Source of the DNA: a bacterium
GTDB lineage: Bacteria > Vulcanimicrobiota > Vulcanimicrobiia > Vulcanimicrobiales > SCRA01
Assembly (NCBI GenBank): GCA_004298675.1
Contig: SCRI01000058.1
Coordinates: forward strand, 72,669 to 136,668
DNA length: 64,000 nucleotides
Reading direction: 5' to 3'
Below the pieces are notes generated by a model. That model did no database searches. It was not told where the DNA came from and saw only the letters and a list, made by a program, of their open reading frames with translations. This document shows positions 36,594-48,159 of the stretch, piece after piece (position 1 is the first letter of the stretch; every line of letters begins with the position of its first letter). A program made the position numbers and the translations under genes.

Positions 36594-37352
36594 ATGAGCC
36601 TCCCTCGCATCGCATTGGTGACTGGGGCCGCCTCCGGCCTCGCGCGCGGCGTGTGCATCGACCTCGCGGCGCACGGCTATCGCGTAGCGATCAACTATCG
36701 TTCGAGCGTGGAAGCCGCGCGCGAGACGCTAGCGCGGGCGCAGGCCGCTCGCGCCGACGATCATGCGCTCTTCCAAGCCGACGTCTCCCAGCCCGATCAG
36801 GCCGAGAGCCTAGTGCGCGCCGTCGAAGCGCGCTACGGTCGCGTCGACGTCTTGGTGAATGCGGCGGGCGACATTGTCGTCAAGCCGTTCGAGAGCACCG
36901 TGCTCGAGAACTATCGCGCCATGATCGACGGCAACCTCACGAGCGCCTTTGCCTGCACGCGCGCGGCGCTCCCCGGCATGATCGCGCGGCGCTTTGGGCG
37001 CATCATTTTCTTCGGCATGAACGGTAGCAGTGTCACGTTGGCAGCCAGGCACATGTCGGTCTACGCCGCGGCCAAGGCGGGCGTCGTTGCGCTCGCAAAA
37101 TGTATCGCCATCGAAGCCGCGCCGTTCAACGTCACCTGCAACGTGGTCGAGCCGGGCGACATCCGCGAAGGCAAGAACCTCGACATCGCGGCCGCGGCCC
37201 AGTTGGCCAAACCCAAGAATCCAACGCTTCACGCCGGCTCGTGGCAGGACATCGCGTATGCCATACGCTGTCTGGTGGGCGACGAGTCCGGCTACCTCAC
37301 GGCCCAGGTGCTGGCCGTGAGCGGCGGCCTGCAGGAACCCTACGAAGCGTGA
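36594..37352 (+). CDS. Short-chain dehydrogenase/reductase (FabG-like)
   Basis: MSLPRIALVTGAASGLARG (TGxxxGxG), NAAG, and SVYAAAKAG (YxxxK). GTG 36564 is an alternative start. Confidence 0.85.
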   Translation: MSLPRIALVTGAASGLARGVCIDLAAHGYRVAINYRSSVEAARETLARAQAARADDHALFQADVSQPDQAESLVRAVEARYGRVDVLVNAAGDIVVKPFESTVLENYRAMIDGNLTSAFACTRAALPGMIARRFGRIIFFGMNGSSVTLAARHMSVYAAAKAGVVALAKCIAIEAAPFNVTCNVVEPGDIREGKNLDIAAAAQLAKPKNPTLHAGSWQDIAYAIRCLVGDESGYLTAQVLAVSGGLQEPYEA

Positions 37353-38842
37353 GCAGCCGCGCGGCGGCGGCACGCTGGGAGGTGGCGGCTTGGGGCGCTG
37401 TCGCGCTCATCTTCGCGGCCCGCGTGGTAGGCGCGTTCACCATCCCCTTGACGGGCGACGAGGCCTACTACTGGGAGTGGAGCCTGCGCCCCGCCGGCGC
37501 CTACTACGATCATCCGGCGGGCGTCGCGATGGTCATCGCGCTCTTCGATCACGGTCTGCGCAGCGCGGCGCTCGTGCGCGTGGGCTTCTTGGCGTGCGGA
37601 CTCGGTGCCACGCTGGCTCTGGCCGATTTCTCGGCGCAGATCGCGCACGACCGGCGCGCCGGCGCCGCCGCGGCGCTGCTGCTCAATCTGGCACCGCTGC
37701 TCACCGTCGGTGTGGGCGTCGCCTCACCTGATGCACCGTATTTGCTTTTTTGGTGCGCCTCACTCGCGCTCGGTAAGCGCGCCTTCGAGCGCGGCGGCTG
37801 GTGGTGGATGCTCTTCGGATTCGCGCTGGCGGGCGCGGTGGAGAGCAGGCTCTTGGGCTTTGCGTTCGCCGCCGGCGCCGGCGTGGCCGCACTGATGCAG
37901 CGGCGCGCGGAGGGCGCGCTCGCGCGCTGGTGGTGGGCGGCACCCGTGGCCTTCGCGGTGGGGCTGCTCCCGCTGCTGCTGTGGAACGGAACGCACCACT
38001 GGCAGACGTTTGCGTTCGCGCTCGTGGGCCGCCACGTCGACGAAGGCCTCTCGCTTGCGCGGGTACTCGGCTTTCTTGCGCTGGCGGTGCTCGTCTTGGG
38101 TCCAGGCTGCGCGTTCGCCGCGGCGTGGGCCGCCGCGAAGGTACTGCGCGTGCGTACGGCTTGGAGCCGTCTGGCGGCCTGGAGCGCCTTGCCGATGGTA
38201 GTGCTGCTGGCTGCCCTAGCGCTGCGCGAGCGCGTGGAGATCTACTGGCTCTACGGCCCCTTCGCGACGCTGATCGGCGTGGCCGGTGCCCTGGCGGTGA
38301 AGGAGCACTGGGGACGCGTGCGCTGGAGTTGGACGATCGTGTCCTCCGCACTGCTCTTGACGCCGCTGCTGACGGTGCTGGTCGCGCCTTCGCTGACCGT
38401 TGCGGCGGCGCTGCACAGCGTCGGCCGCGATCTGCGCCACAATGGCCCCTTCGAGATCTTCAGCTATCCCATGCTCGCGCGTGACGTTGCACAGCGCGCC
38501 CATAGCAGCGGACTCGTGGTAACGGACGGTTACGGCCTCTCCAGCTTGTTGGACTTCTATGGGGGCGTCCCGCCCGTCGTCATCGGTTACGATCGCCAGG
38601 GGCGTCAGGCGCGCACGTGGTTCGACCGCGACGCCGCGCCACGTGAGATCCTCTTCGTGGATAAGGAGGCGCTCGCCACGCGCAGCGACTTCGTCCGGCA
38701 GTTTGCACGCGCCTGCGGCAGGACGCTCGATGCTGGTACGCTCGTTTACGACTATCGGGGCGCCCCCGCACGTACGTACTATCTCACGCGCTGCCTCGAC
38801 CCGCGCCCCGGCGCATTGCGCATGCTGCTCTGGGAGGGCTGA
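37349..38842 (+). CDS. Family 39 glycosyltransferase (ArnT/PMT-like, polyprenyl-phosphate-sugar dependent), multi-TM
   Basis: From GTG 37349, overlapping the SDR stop (GTGA): ...FTIPLTGDEAYYWEWSLRPAGAYYDHP..., followed by about 10 TM helices and a soluble C-terminal domain. Confidence 0.7.
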   Translation: MSSRAAAARWEVAAWGAVALIFAARVVGAFTIPLTGDEAYYWEWSLRPAGAYYDHPAGVAMVIALFDHGLRSAALVRVGFLACGLGATLALADFSAQIAHDRRAGAAAALLLNLAPLLTVGVGVASPDAPYLLFWCASLALGKRAFERGGWWWMLFGFALAGAVESRLLGFAFAAGAGVAALMQRRAEGALARWWWAAPVAFAVGLLPLLLWNGTHHWQTFAFALVGRHVDEGLSLARVLGFLALAVLVLGPGCAFAAAWAAAKVLRVRTAWSRLAAWSALPMVVLLAALALRERVEIYWLYGPFATLIGVAGALAVKEHWGRVRWSWTIVSSALLLTPLLTVLVAPSLTVAAALHSVGRDLRHNGPFEIFSYPMLARDVAQRAHSSGLVVTDGYGLSSLLDFYGGVPPVVIGYDRQGRQARTWFDRDAAPREILFVDKEALATRSDFVRQFARACGRTLDAGTLVYDYRGAPARTYYLTRCLDPRPGALRMLLWEG

Positions 38843-38890
38843 TCGCGCCATACCCGAGGGAGCGGTGGCGCCGGCTGCGAACGTCAGCGC

Positions 38891-39280
38891 ATGTCACGCT
38901 ACCTGCACACGTCGATCTTCGTCAACGACATGGCGGCGACGATCGAGTTCTACACGCAGCGGCTCGGCCTGACGCTGCTGAGCGGTCCCATCCATTATCC
39001 CGGGAATGCCGATATGGCATTCGTCGGTGCCGATTGGAACGCGTACATCGAGTTGGTCTACGATCTCGAAGAGCATCCGCCGTACGCGCTAGGCAACCGC
39101 TACGAGCACTTGGCACTCGAGGTCGACGGCGATCTGCGCGCGCTCTGCGAACGTTTGCGCGAAGCAGGCGTGAAGATCCTCAGCGCGCCCAAGAAGTCGC
39201 CGGGCGGAACGCGCTGGATCGCGTTCGTCGAAGATCCCAACGGTATTCCGGTCGAGTTGCTCGAGCCCAAGCCGCGCTGA
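38891..39280 (+). CDS. VOC/glyoxalase I family protein (lactoylglutathione lyase-like)
   Basis: 129 aa: YLHTSIFVNDMAATIEFYTQRLGL...YEHLALEVDGDL...IAFVEDPNGIPVELLEP. Confidence 0.8.
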   Translation: MSRYLHTSIFVNDMAATIEFYTQRLGLTLLSGPIHYPGNADMAFVGADWNAYIELVYDLEEHPPYALGNRYEHLALEVDGDLRALCERLREAGVKILSAPKKSPGGTRWIAFVEDPNGIPVELLEPKPR

Positions 39281-41469
39281 TCGTCACCACCGGTGAAGGC
39301 GGCCACCCGCGCCTCCAGCGCGCCGCTCTCGCGGCTGAGGCGCTCCGTCCAGGAGACGGCCGACGCCGCCGCTTCCTGGGCATCGTGCGCGGCGTTGCGG
39401 ATGCGTTGGGCGTGACGCTCGATCGCGGAAAAGACTGCGAGCTGCTCGTGCGTGGCATGGGCCACTTCCTCGGCGACGCCGGTGGCCGTCGTAACGCTCG
39501 CGCGCACGTCACGACTGAGCGCCACTGTCTCCCGCAGGGCGGAGCTGGCGTCGCGTGCCATGGCGTGGATGCCGGTGGTGGCGCGCTCGATCTCGGCCGT
39601 GCGCCGGGCCTGCTCGGCGGCGATACGCCCGATCTCTCCGGCCCCCGCGAACCCGCGCGCCACGTCCTCCACCAAGCGCTCGATCGCGCCGCCGGCGGCA
39701 ACCGCGCGCTCGACGGCCTCCTTGGCCGCGCCCTCTGCCCCCTGGGTCTGACCGGCGATCGATTCCGTCTCGCGATGCGAGCGCTCCACCTGACGGCCGA
39801 TCTCGTCGGCGGCTGTCTGCGACTGCGCGGTGAGGCGCTGCAACTCTTCGGCGATCACGAAGAAGCCGCGGCCGTGAACGCCGGCTCGCGCGGCTTCGAT
39901 CGCCGCGTTGAGCGCCAGCAGTTTGGAGCGATCGGCCAAGTCTCGCATCTGCTCCACTTGCGTGTTGATGATGCGCCCCTCGGTTACGGAGAGTCCTCGC
40001 AGACGCTCCACGGCGTCCAACAGCAAGCCGCCCATGTTCCGCATCTCGTTGACCAGCGTGTCCGTGGCGGTGCGGGCGTCCGCCGCCAGCGCCTCCACGC
40101 TGCCGGCGCGCGATCCCACGGCCAGCGCGTGCTGCGCCACGCGCTCCGCGTCGGCGGCCAAGGCGCGCCCGGCCGCGTCGGCGCTTTCCACGGCCGCGGT
40201 CAGCGTGGCCAGCGTGGCTTCGTTTCCGTCGACCCGTTCCACCAGTTCGTCAAGCCTGCGTAAGCCCGAGCGCGAGGCGTCCTCCAAGTCGACGGCGCGC
40301 ACGCTGATCTGGCGCGTCGTCACGGCCAGCTCCGCCAGTCCGGTGGCGATGCCTTCGGCGGCGTCGGCCTGCGCCTCGGTGTGCGTGCGTACGGTGCGGC
40401 CGGCTTCGAGATTGAAGCGCACGTTGTCCGCAATGGCGCGTGAGGCTGAGCCGATGCCCGCGATCAGCGAGCGCAGCGCCGCAGCCAAGACGTTGAAGCC
40501 GGTGGCGAGATCGTTCAACTCTTCTTCGTGCAAGTCCGCGGCCTCGACCGAACCTTCCAGATGTCCCAGTGCCAGCTCGCGGGCTGCCGCGGCTACGCGG
40601 CGCACGGGAGAGGCCATGCGCCGCGCCACCAGCCACGCGGCGGCGCAGGCCAGAATGAAGACCACGAGCGCGATCGAGAGCATCTCGATGGCCAAAGCGC
40701 GGACTGGAGCATAGGCGGCGCGTGCGTCCGTTGCGGCGACCACGCTCAATCCCACGTCAAGCGGGCCAGGCTGCTGAGCCGCGCGCGCAGTCACCAGCGG
40801 CGTCCGCGCCGTAAACTCCGGGCCGCCGGCGTTGATCTGAGAGAGCAGCGGAGCGCCGTCGCGCACCAGAAAGAGGGCGCTGCGGGGATCGAGGGCGACG
40901 TCGTGGATCAAGCGTCCCAGCTCTTCCGTCTGCAGGCGTCCCACCAGTACTCCGGCGGGCCGGCCGCCGTCGTCCACGATCGGCGCGTAGACCACCAGGG
41001 TCGGGCGGGCCTGATCGGGGAAGCGCTGAAAGCCCGCCAGGCCCGCCTGCGTCGCGTGCTCCGCCGCGCGCAGCCAGGGGGCGGTGGGGTCGACCTGCAG
41101 CGACCCGGTGCCCACCAGCAGCCGGCCGGAGGCATCGAAGATCGTGAGATCGATGTAGCGCGTGTCGCCGAAGGCGAAGTCATAGTTGTAGAGCACCTGC
41201 GCGCGTTGCCGCTGGTTGAGCCCGGACTTCTTCAACTGCAGGAAGACCATCGAGCTGAGTTCGTCGACGCGGGCACGCAGGTAGTCTTCGACGGTGACGA
41301 GCGTCTGGACGCTGGTTGCGCCGGTGCGTCCGGCGATTTGTCGACGCAACGCGTCGCGCGCGGTGACGTATCCGGCAATCGTGGTGATCGCGAGGGCGGT
41401 CAGCAGCACCGCGGCTACCGCGACGATGAGCGATCGGGCGAGGGTGGGGCGGCGAAGTCGTGCGAGCAT
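39100..41469 (-). CDS. Methyl-accepting chemotaxis protein (TM - periplasmic Cache-like sensor - TM - HAMP - MA domain)
   Basis: 789 aa with the signalling hairpin [27 protein letters not shown]. The last roughly 60 codons (39100-39280) run antisense to the 3' end of the VOC gene. Confidence 0.88.
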   Translation of the reverse strand: MLARLRRPTLARSLIVAVAAVLLTALAITTIAGYVTARDALRRQIAGRTGATSVQTLVTVEDYLRARVDELSSMVFLQLKKSGLNQRQRAQVLYNYDFAFGDTRYIDLTIFDASGRLLVGTGSLQVDPTAPWLRAAEHATQAGLAGFQRFPDQARPTLVVYAPIVDDGGRPAGVLVGRLQTEELGRLIHDVALDPRSALFLVRDGAPLLSQINAGGPEFTARTPLVTARAAQQPGPLDVGLSVVAATDARAAYAPVRALAIEMLSIALVVFILACAAAWLVARRMASPVRRVAAAARELALGHLEGSVEAADLHEEELNDLATGFNVLAAALRSLIAGIGSASRAIADNVRFNLEAGRTVRTHTEAQADAAEGIATGLAELAVTTRQISVRAVDLEDASRSGLRRLDELVERVDGNEATLATLTAAVESADAAGRALAADAERVAQHALAVGSRAGSVEALAADARTATDTLVNEMRNMGGLLLDAVERLRGLSVTEGRIINTQVEQMRDLADRSKLLALNAAIEAARAGVHGRGFFVIAEELQRLTAQSQTAADEIGRQVERSHRETESIAGQTQGAEGAAKEAVERAVAAGGAIERLVEDVARGFAGAGEIGRIAAEQARRTAEIERATTGIHAMARDASSALRETVALSRDVRASVTTATGVAEEVAHATHEQLAVFSAIERHAQRIRNAAHDAQEAAASAVSWTERLSRESGALEARVAAFTGGDDQRGLGSSNSTGIPLGSSTNAIQRVPPGDFLGALRIFTPASRKRSQSARRSPSTSSAKCS

Positions 41470-41567
41470 TACCGCTCTACCCTAGGGTGGCGACCTTAAT
41501 GCAGGCTTATGAAGAGGTGATGATGCGGCAGGCGTGATGACTCGCGCCGCGAATCGACGCAGGCGGT

Positions 41568-44123
<2,556 letters not shown>

Positions 44124-44199
44124 GACGCGGCGCCTCCGCAGACGGAGGCGGCTGCGGCGCTACGCCCCCTTTGCGATCCTCTGTCTGATCGCGGCGATC

Positions 44200-45681
44200 G
44201 TGCTGGCGGTGCCGGTTGGCTTCGTGCTACGTCACGCCGGCGGACCCCATGCCGTCAAAGTCGTGCCGGTGGCGCCGGCGGTAGCGCTCGCGCCGTACGT
44301 GCGCCTGGAGCCCCACGGTCCGCGCTGGTCGCCCGCGGCGCTGGCGCGCGCGCATGCCGCCATCGCGGCACTGGCCAATGCGGACGGCATGCCGGCCAAG
44401 AGCGGTATCGTGGTCATGTCGCCGCGCGGACAGGTGTTGTACGAACGTAACGCTGCGAAGCTCCTGGTCCCGGCGTCGACGATGAAGCTCTTGGTGGGCA
44501 GCGCGGCCTTCTTTGGATTGGGAGGCGCCTACCGTCTGCACACGCGCCTGCTTGCGGCCGCTCCGCCGGACGCCGCGGGCGTCGTCCATGGCGATGTGGT
44601 GTTAGCCGGCTCAGGTGATCCGCTGCTTTCCAGTGCCGATCTCGAAGCCGCCGTCTCGACCTTGAAGAAGGCGGGCGTGCGCCGGGTGGACGGCGCGCTC
44701 GTCGTCGACGCCACCGCGTTCTCCGGTCCCGAGCAGAATCGCACCTGGCTGCCGAGTGACCTCGAGTACGACTACGCGGCGGGGGCTAGCGCGGTTGCGC
44801 TGGACCAAGGCGTGGTACAGATCGACGTCACCCCCACCTCTCCCGGCGCGCCCGCGAGGATTGCGCTGGAGCCGGCCAATGACGCCGTGCATACCACGGG
44901 CACGGCGCTGACGACCGCTGGGACGATGTCGCTCTCCATCGAGCGGGCCGCGGACGGCCGCGGTTTGGTGTTTTCAGGCGGTATCCCAGCCGGGCCCAGG
45001 CAGCGCTTCTGGCGCACGGTCGTCGGCGAGCCGGCGTTCGTGGGCGACGCGTTTGCGCGGATGCTGCGCGCCGGCGGCATCCAGGTCGGGGGCGTGCGGG
45101 TTGCGGCGCACCCGGCGCAAGCGCAGGCGGTGCTGTGGGACCACCCCTCGCAGAGCATCGAGGCACTGGTGCGCGGGATGTTCTTCGATTCGAATAATCA
45201 CACCGCCGAGCAGTTGCTGCGGGTGATCGGGCGAGACGTGCCGGCGGGAGCGAACCTGGAGCCGGGAAGCCTGCTGGCCGGTGCCGCGCGCGAGCGGCGC
45301 CTGTTCGCAGACGCCGGCGTGGAGCTGGGGGCGACCCACGTTGCCGACGGCAGCGGCCTCTCGCCGCAGGATCGCATCACGGCCAGCGCGCTGGCGCGCG
45401 TCTTGGCGCTCGATCTCTCCTCGCGCGGCGGTCCACAATTTCTCGAAGAGCTGCCGCGCGCCGGCATCGAGGGGACGGTACACGTGCGCTCGCTCGACGA
45501 GGCATCCGGCCTGGTGCGCGCCAAAGACGGGTACGAAGATGGGGCAAGCAGCCTCGCCGGATACGTGCAGACACGCCACCACGGCGTGGTAGCCTTCGCT
45601 TTCATTGCCGACGATTGGGACTCGCTCGACCGCGTCTGGCAGCTGGAGGATGAAATCTTGGACCGCGTGAGCATGTTATGA
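44200..45681 (+). CDS. dacB: D-alanyl-D-alanine carboxypeptidase/endopeptidase (PBP4, S13 family)
   Basis: VPASTMKLLVGSAA (SxxK), SNNHTAEQLL (SxN) and KDGYEDGASSLAGY (KTG-like). The true N-terminus probably lies upstream of GTG 44200 (see findings). Confidence 0.85.
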   Translation: MLAVPVGFVLRHAGGPHAVKVVPVAPAVALAPYVRLEPHGPRWSPAALARAHAAIAALANADGMPAKSGIVVMSPRGQVLYERNAAKLLVPASTMKLLVGSAAFFGLGGAYRLHTRLLAAAPPDAAGVVHGDVVLAGSGDPLLSSADLEAAVSTLKKAGVRRVDGALVVDATAFSGPEQNRTWLPSDLEYDYAAGASAVALDQGVVQIDVTPTSPGAPARIALEPANDAVHTTGTALTTAGTMSLSIERAADGRGLVFSGGIPAGPRQRFWRTVVGEPAFVGDAFARMLRAGGIQVGGVRVAAHPAQAQAVLWDHPSQSIEALVRGMFFDSNNHTAEQLLRVIGRDVPAGANLEPGSLLAGAARERRLFADAGVELGATHVADGSGLSPQDRITASALARVLALDLSSRGGPQFLEELPRAGIEGTVHVRSLDEASGLVRAKDGYEDGASSLAGYVQTRHHGVVAFAFIADDWDSLDRVWQLEDEILDRVSML

Positions 45682-46751
45682 CGCAACTGGAGCCGCTCTA
45701 TCCGCTGCTGCTGACGCCACGGCTCGCACCCGCCATTTGGGGCGGGCACGCGCTGGTGGAGCAGTTCGGCAAAGCCGGCTCCGTGCGCGAGGCGCTGGGC
45801 GAGTCATGGGAGTGCTGGGACGAAAACGCCGTTGCCAACGGTCCGCTGGCGGGGCGCACGCTGGCACAATTGCGTGAGGACTACGGTGCGGCGCTCGTCG
45901 GCGCGCTGGACCCCAAGCGCGTCTTTCCGATCCTCACCAAGATCATCGACGCACGCGACAATCTCTCGGTGCAGGTGCATCCCGACGATGCCTACGCGCG
46001 ACGCGTCGAGCATCAAGAAAACGGCAAGACGGAGTGTTGGTACATCCTGGAGGCCGCTGAAGGGGCGGCGCTCTATCTGGGCTGGGAGCGCGCCACCGAT
46101 CGCGCGGAGTACGAGCGGCGCGTCGCCGACGGTACCCTGGGGGCGTTACTGCGCCGCGTGCGCGTGCAGGCGGGTGAGGCCTATTACCTGCCCGCGGGAA
46201 CGCTGCACGCGATCGGCGCCGGCATCGTGCTCTTCGAGGCCCAGCAAGCCAGCGATCTCACCTATCGCATCTTCGATTGGAACCGCGTGGGGGTCGACGG
46301 ACGCCCGCGTGCCTTGCATGTGGAGAAAGCCGCGGACGTGCTGGACTTTGGGGCCGCGCGCTTCGCGCGCATGGTCCCGTTGCCTTACGAGCTCGACGGA
46401 TTGCAGCGTACCGCGTTGATCGCCGATCCGCGCTTCTGGGTCGAGCGTGTCGATGCCGGCGCGCAAGAGGGAGAGATCGATCTGGAGGGGATGCCGCTGA
46501 TCGTGATGGCGCTCGGTGAGCCGGTGCGGATCGCCTCTGAAGCCGGCGTGGTTAGCCTGGCGCCGTTCCAGAGCGCACTGCTGCCTGCGGTGCTCGGTAG
46601 CGTGCGCATGTGCGCCGCCTCCTCGCTGCGGGCCGCCTTGCTCGCGGCGGCTCCCCCGGCGGAGCGCGAGGCGCTGCGGCGCAGATTCGCGGCCGCGGGC
46701 GTCTCCGCCGAGCGCAGCGGTGCGTTCCTGGAGCAGTTCGCGCTTGAGTGA
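45678..46751 (+). CDS. manA: Mannose-6-phosphate isomerase, class I
   Basis: YPLLLTPRLAPAIWGG...LTKIIDARDNLSVQVHPDD...GKTECWYILEA...AGTLHAIG. The start overlaps the dacB stop (ATGA). Confidence 0.88.
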   Translation: MTQLEPLYPLLLTPRLAPAIWGGHALVEQFGKAGSVREALGESWECWDENAVANGPLAGRTLAQLREDYGAALVGALDPKRVFPILTKIIDARDNLSVQVHPDDAYARRVEHQENGKTECWYILEAAEGAALYLGWERATDRAEYERRVADGTLGALLRRVRVQAGEAYYLPAGTLHAIGAGIVLFEAQQASDLTYRIFDWNRVGVDGRPRALHVEKAADVLDFGAARFARMVPLPYELDGLQRTALIADPRFWVERVDAGAQEGEIDLEGMPLIVMALGEPVRIASEAGVVSLAPFQSALLPAVLGSVRMCAASSLRAALLAAAPPAEREALRRRFAAAGVSAERSGAFLEQFALE

Positions 46752-46755
46752 CGCA

Positions 46756-48159
46756 ATGCTCGAAGACCTGCCGCGCCCGCTGATCGAGCGCCTGTTGGCC
46801 GTAGCGCTCGAACGCGGCGGCGAGCATGCGGAGCTCTTTCACGAGCAGCGGCTCACGCACGCGTTGCGGCTGCAAGAGGGTCGCATCCACGAGGCCGGCG
46901 TCAACGTGACACGCGGCGTGGGGATTCGCGTGCGCGTCGGCGACCAGCAGGGTTACGGCTACAGTGACGACCTCTCGGAGGCGTCGCTCGAGCGGGCGGC
47001 GCGCGTGGCAGGCAAGATCGCGCGCTCGGGCTCGGGCGTGCGTGCCGTCTCCGTGAACGAGCGGCCGGTAGCGAGCGTCTACGTCAACGGCGCCTGGGGC
47101 GATACCGTCGCGATGGCACGCCGCGTCGAGTTGCTGACGCGCGCCGACGCCGCGGCGCGCCGCGCCGATCCGCGCATACGCGCGGTCAACGGCAGCTTAG
47201 TGGATGAAGTGCAGAACGTGCTGATCGCCACCAGCGACGGACTGCTCGTGCGCGATCGCCGTCCGTTGGTCTCCTTGACGGTGCAGGTGGTGACCGAACG
47301 CAACGGCGAGCGCACGCACGGCTACTACGGCGACGGTGGCCGGCGCGGCTTCGAGTTCTACGATCGCGTCACGCCGGAGTCGATCGCGAGCGAGGCAGCG
47401 CGTATCGCGCTCGTCAACCTCGAAGCGGTCGAGGCGCCGGCGGGTGAGATGCCCGTGGTGGTGGGCCCGGGCGGCGGCGGCGTGCTGCTGCATGAAGCGG
47501 TCGGCCACGGGTTGGAGGCCGATTTCAATCGTCAGGGCGTCTCGCTCTACAGCGGGCGTGTCGGCGAGCGTGTGGCGAGCGATCTGGTGACGATCTACGA
47601 CGACGGCAACTTGACCGGCGAGCGCGGCAGCATCGCGATGGATGACGAGGGCACGCCCGGCCAGCACAAGGTGCTGGTCGAGCGCGGCATTCTGCGCGGC
47701 TACATGCAGGATGCGCTCAATGCCGAGCTGATGCACACGCACTCCACCGGCAGCGGGCGCCGTCAGTCTTTCCGCCATCTGCCGCAGCCGCGCATGACCA
47801 ATACCTATATGCCCGCAGGGGAGCTCCAGCCCGACGAGGTGATCCGCGGCGTGCAGCGCGGCTTCTACGCCAAGTCGTTCTCGGGCGGCCAAGTCGAAAT
47901 CTCGAAGGGTGACTTCGTCTTCATGGTAGGCGAGGGTTATCTCATCGAAGACGGGCGCCTTACCGCCCCCGTCAAAGGGGCTACGCTGATCGGTAATGGT
48001 CCGCAGATCATGACGCGCGTGCGCGCCGTCGGCTCGGACCTGAAGCTGGCGAGCGGCTCGTATACCTGCGGCAAGGGCGGGCAGCTCGTGCCGGTCGGCG
48101 TGGGTCTGCCCACGCTCTTGATCGCGTCGATGACGGTGGGAGGGTCCCGTGTCCGCTGA
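46756..48159 (+). CDS. tldD: Metalloprotease TldD
   Basis: From ATG 46756: ...GVLLHEAVGHGLEADF (HExxxH)...GSGRRQSFRHLPQPRMTNTYM... Confidence 0.9.
   Translation: MLEDLPRPLIERLLAVALERGGEHAELFHEQRLTHALRLQEGRIHEAGVNVTRGVGIRVRVGDQQGYGYSDDLSEASLERAARVAGKIARSGSGVRAVSVNERPVASVYVNGAWGDTVAMARRVELLTRADAAARRADPRIRAVNGSLVDEVQNVLIATSDGLLVRDRRPLVSLTVQVVTERNGERTHGYYGDGGRRGFEFYDRVTPESIASEAARIALVNLEAVEAPAGEMPVVVGPGGGGVLLHEAVGHGLEADFNRQGVSLYSGRVGERVASDLVTIYDDGNLTGERGSIAMDDEGTPGQHKVLVERGILRGYMQDALNAELMHTHSTGSGRRQSFRHLPQPRMTNTYMPAGELQPDEVIRGVQRGFYAKSFSGGQVEISKGDFVFMVGEGYLIEDGRLTAPVKGATLIGNGPQIMTRVRAVGSDLKLASGSYTCGKGGQLVPVGVGLPTLLIASMTVGGSRVR

Noticed and set aside
39034-40263. 409-aa plus-strand ORF antisense to the MCP gene
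   Set aside because: Its composition is low-complexity Arg/Gly/Ala, while the minus strand carries an unambiguous MCP signalling domain.
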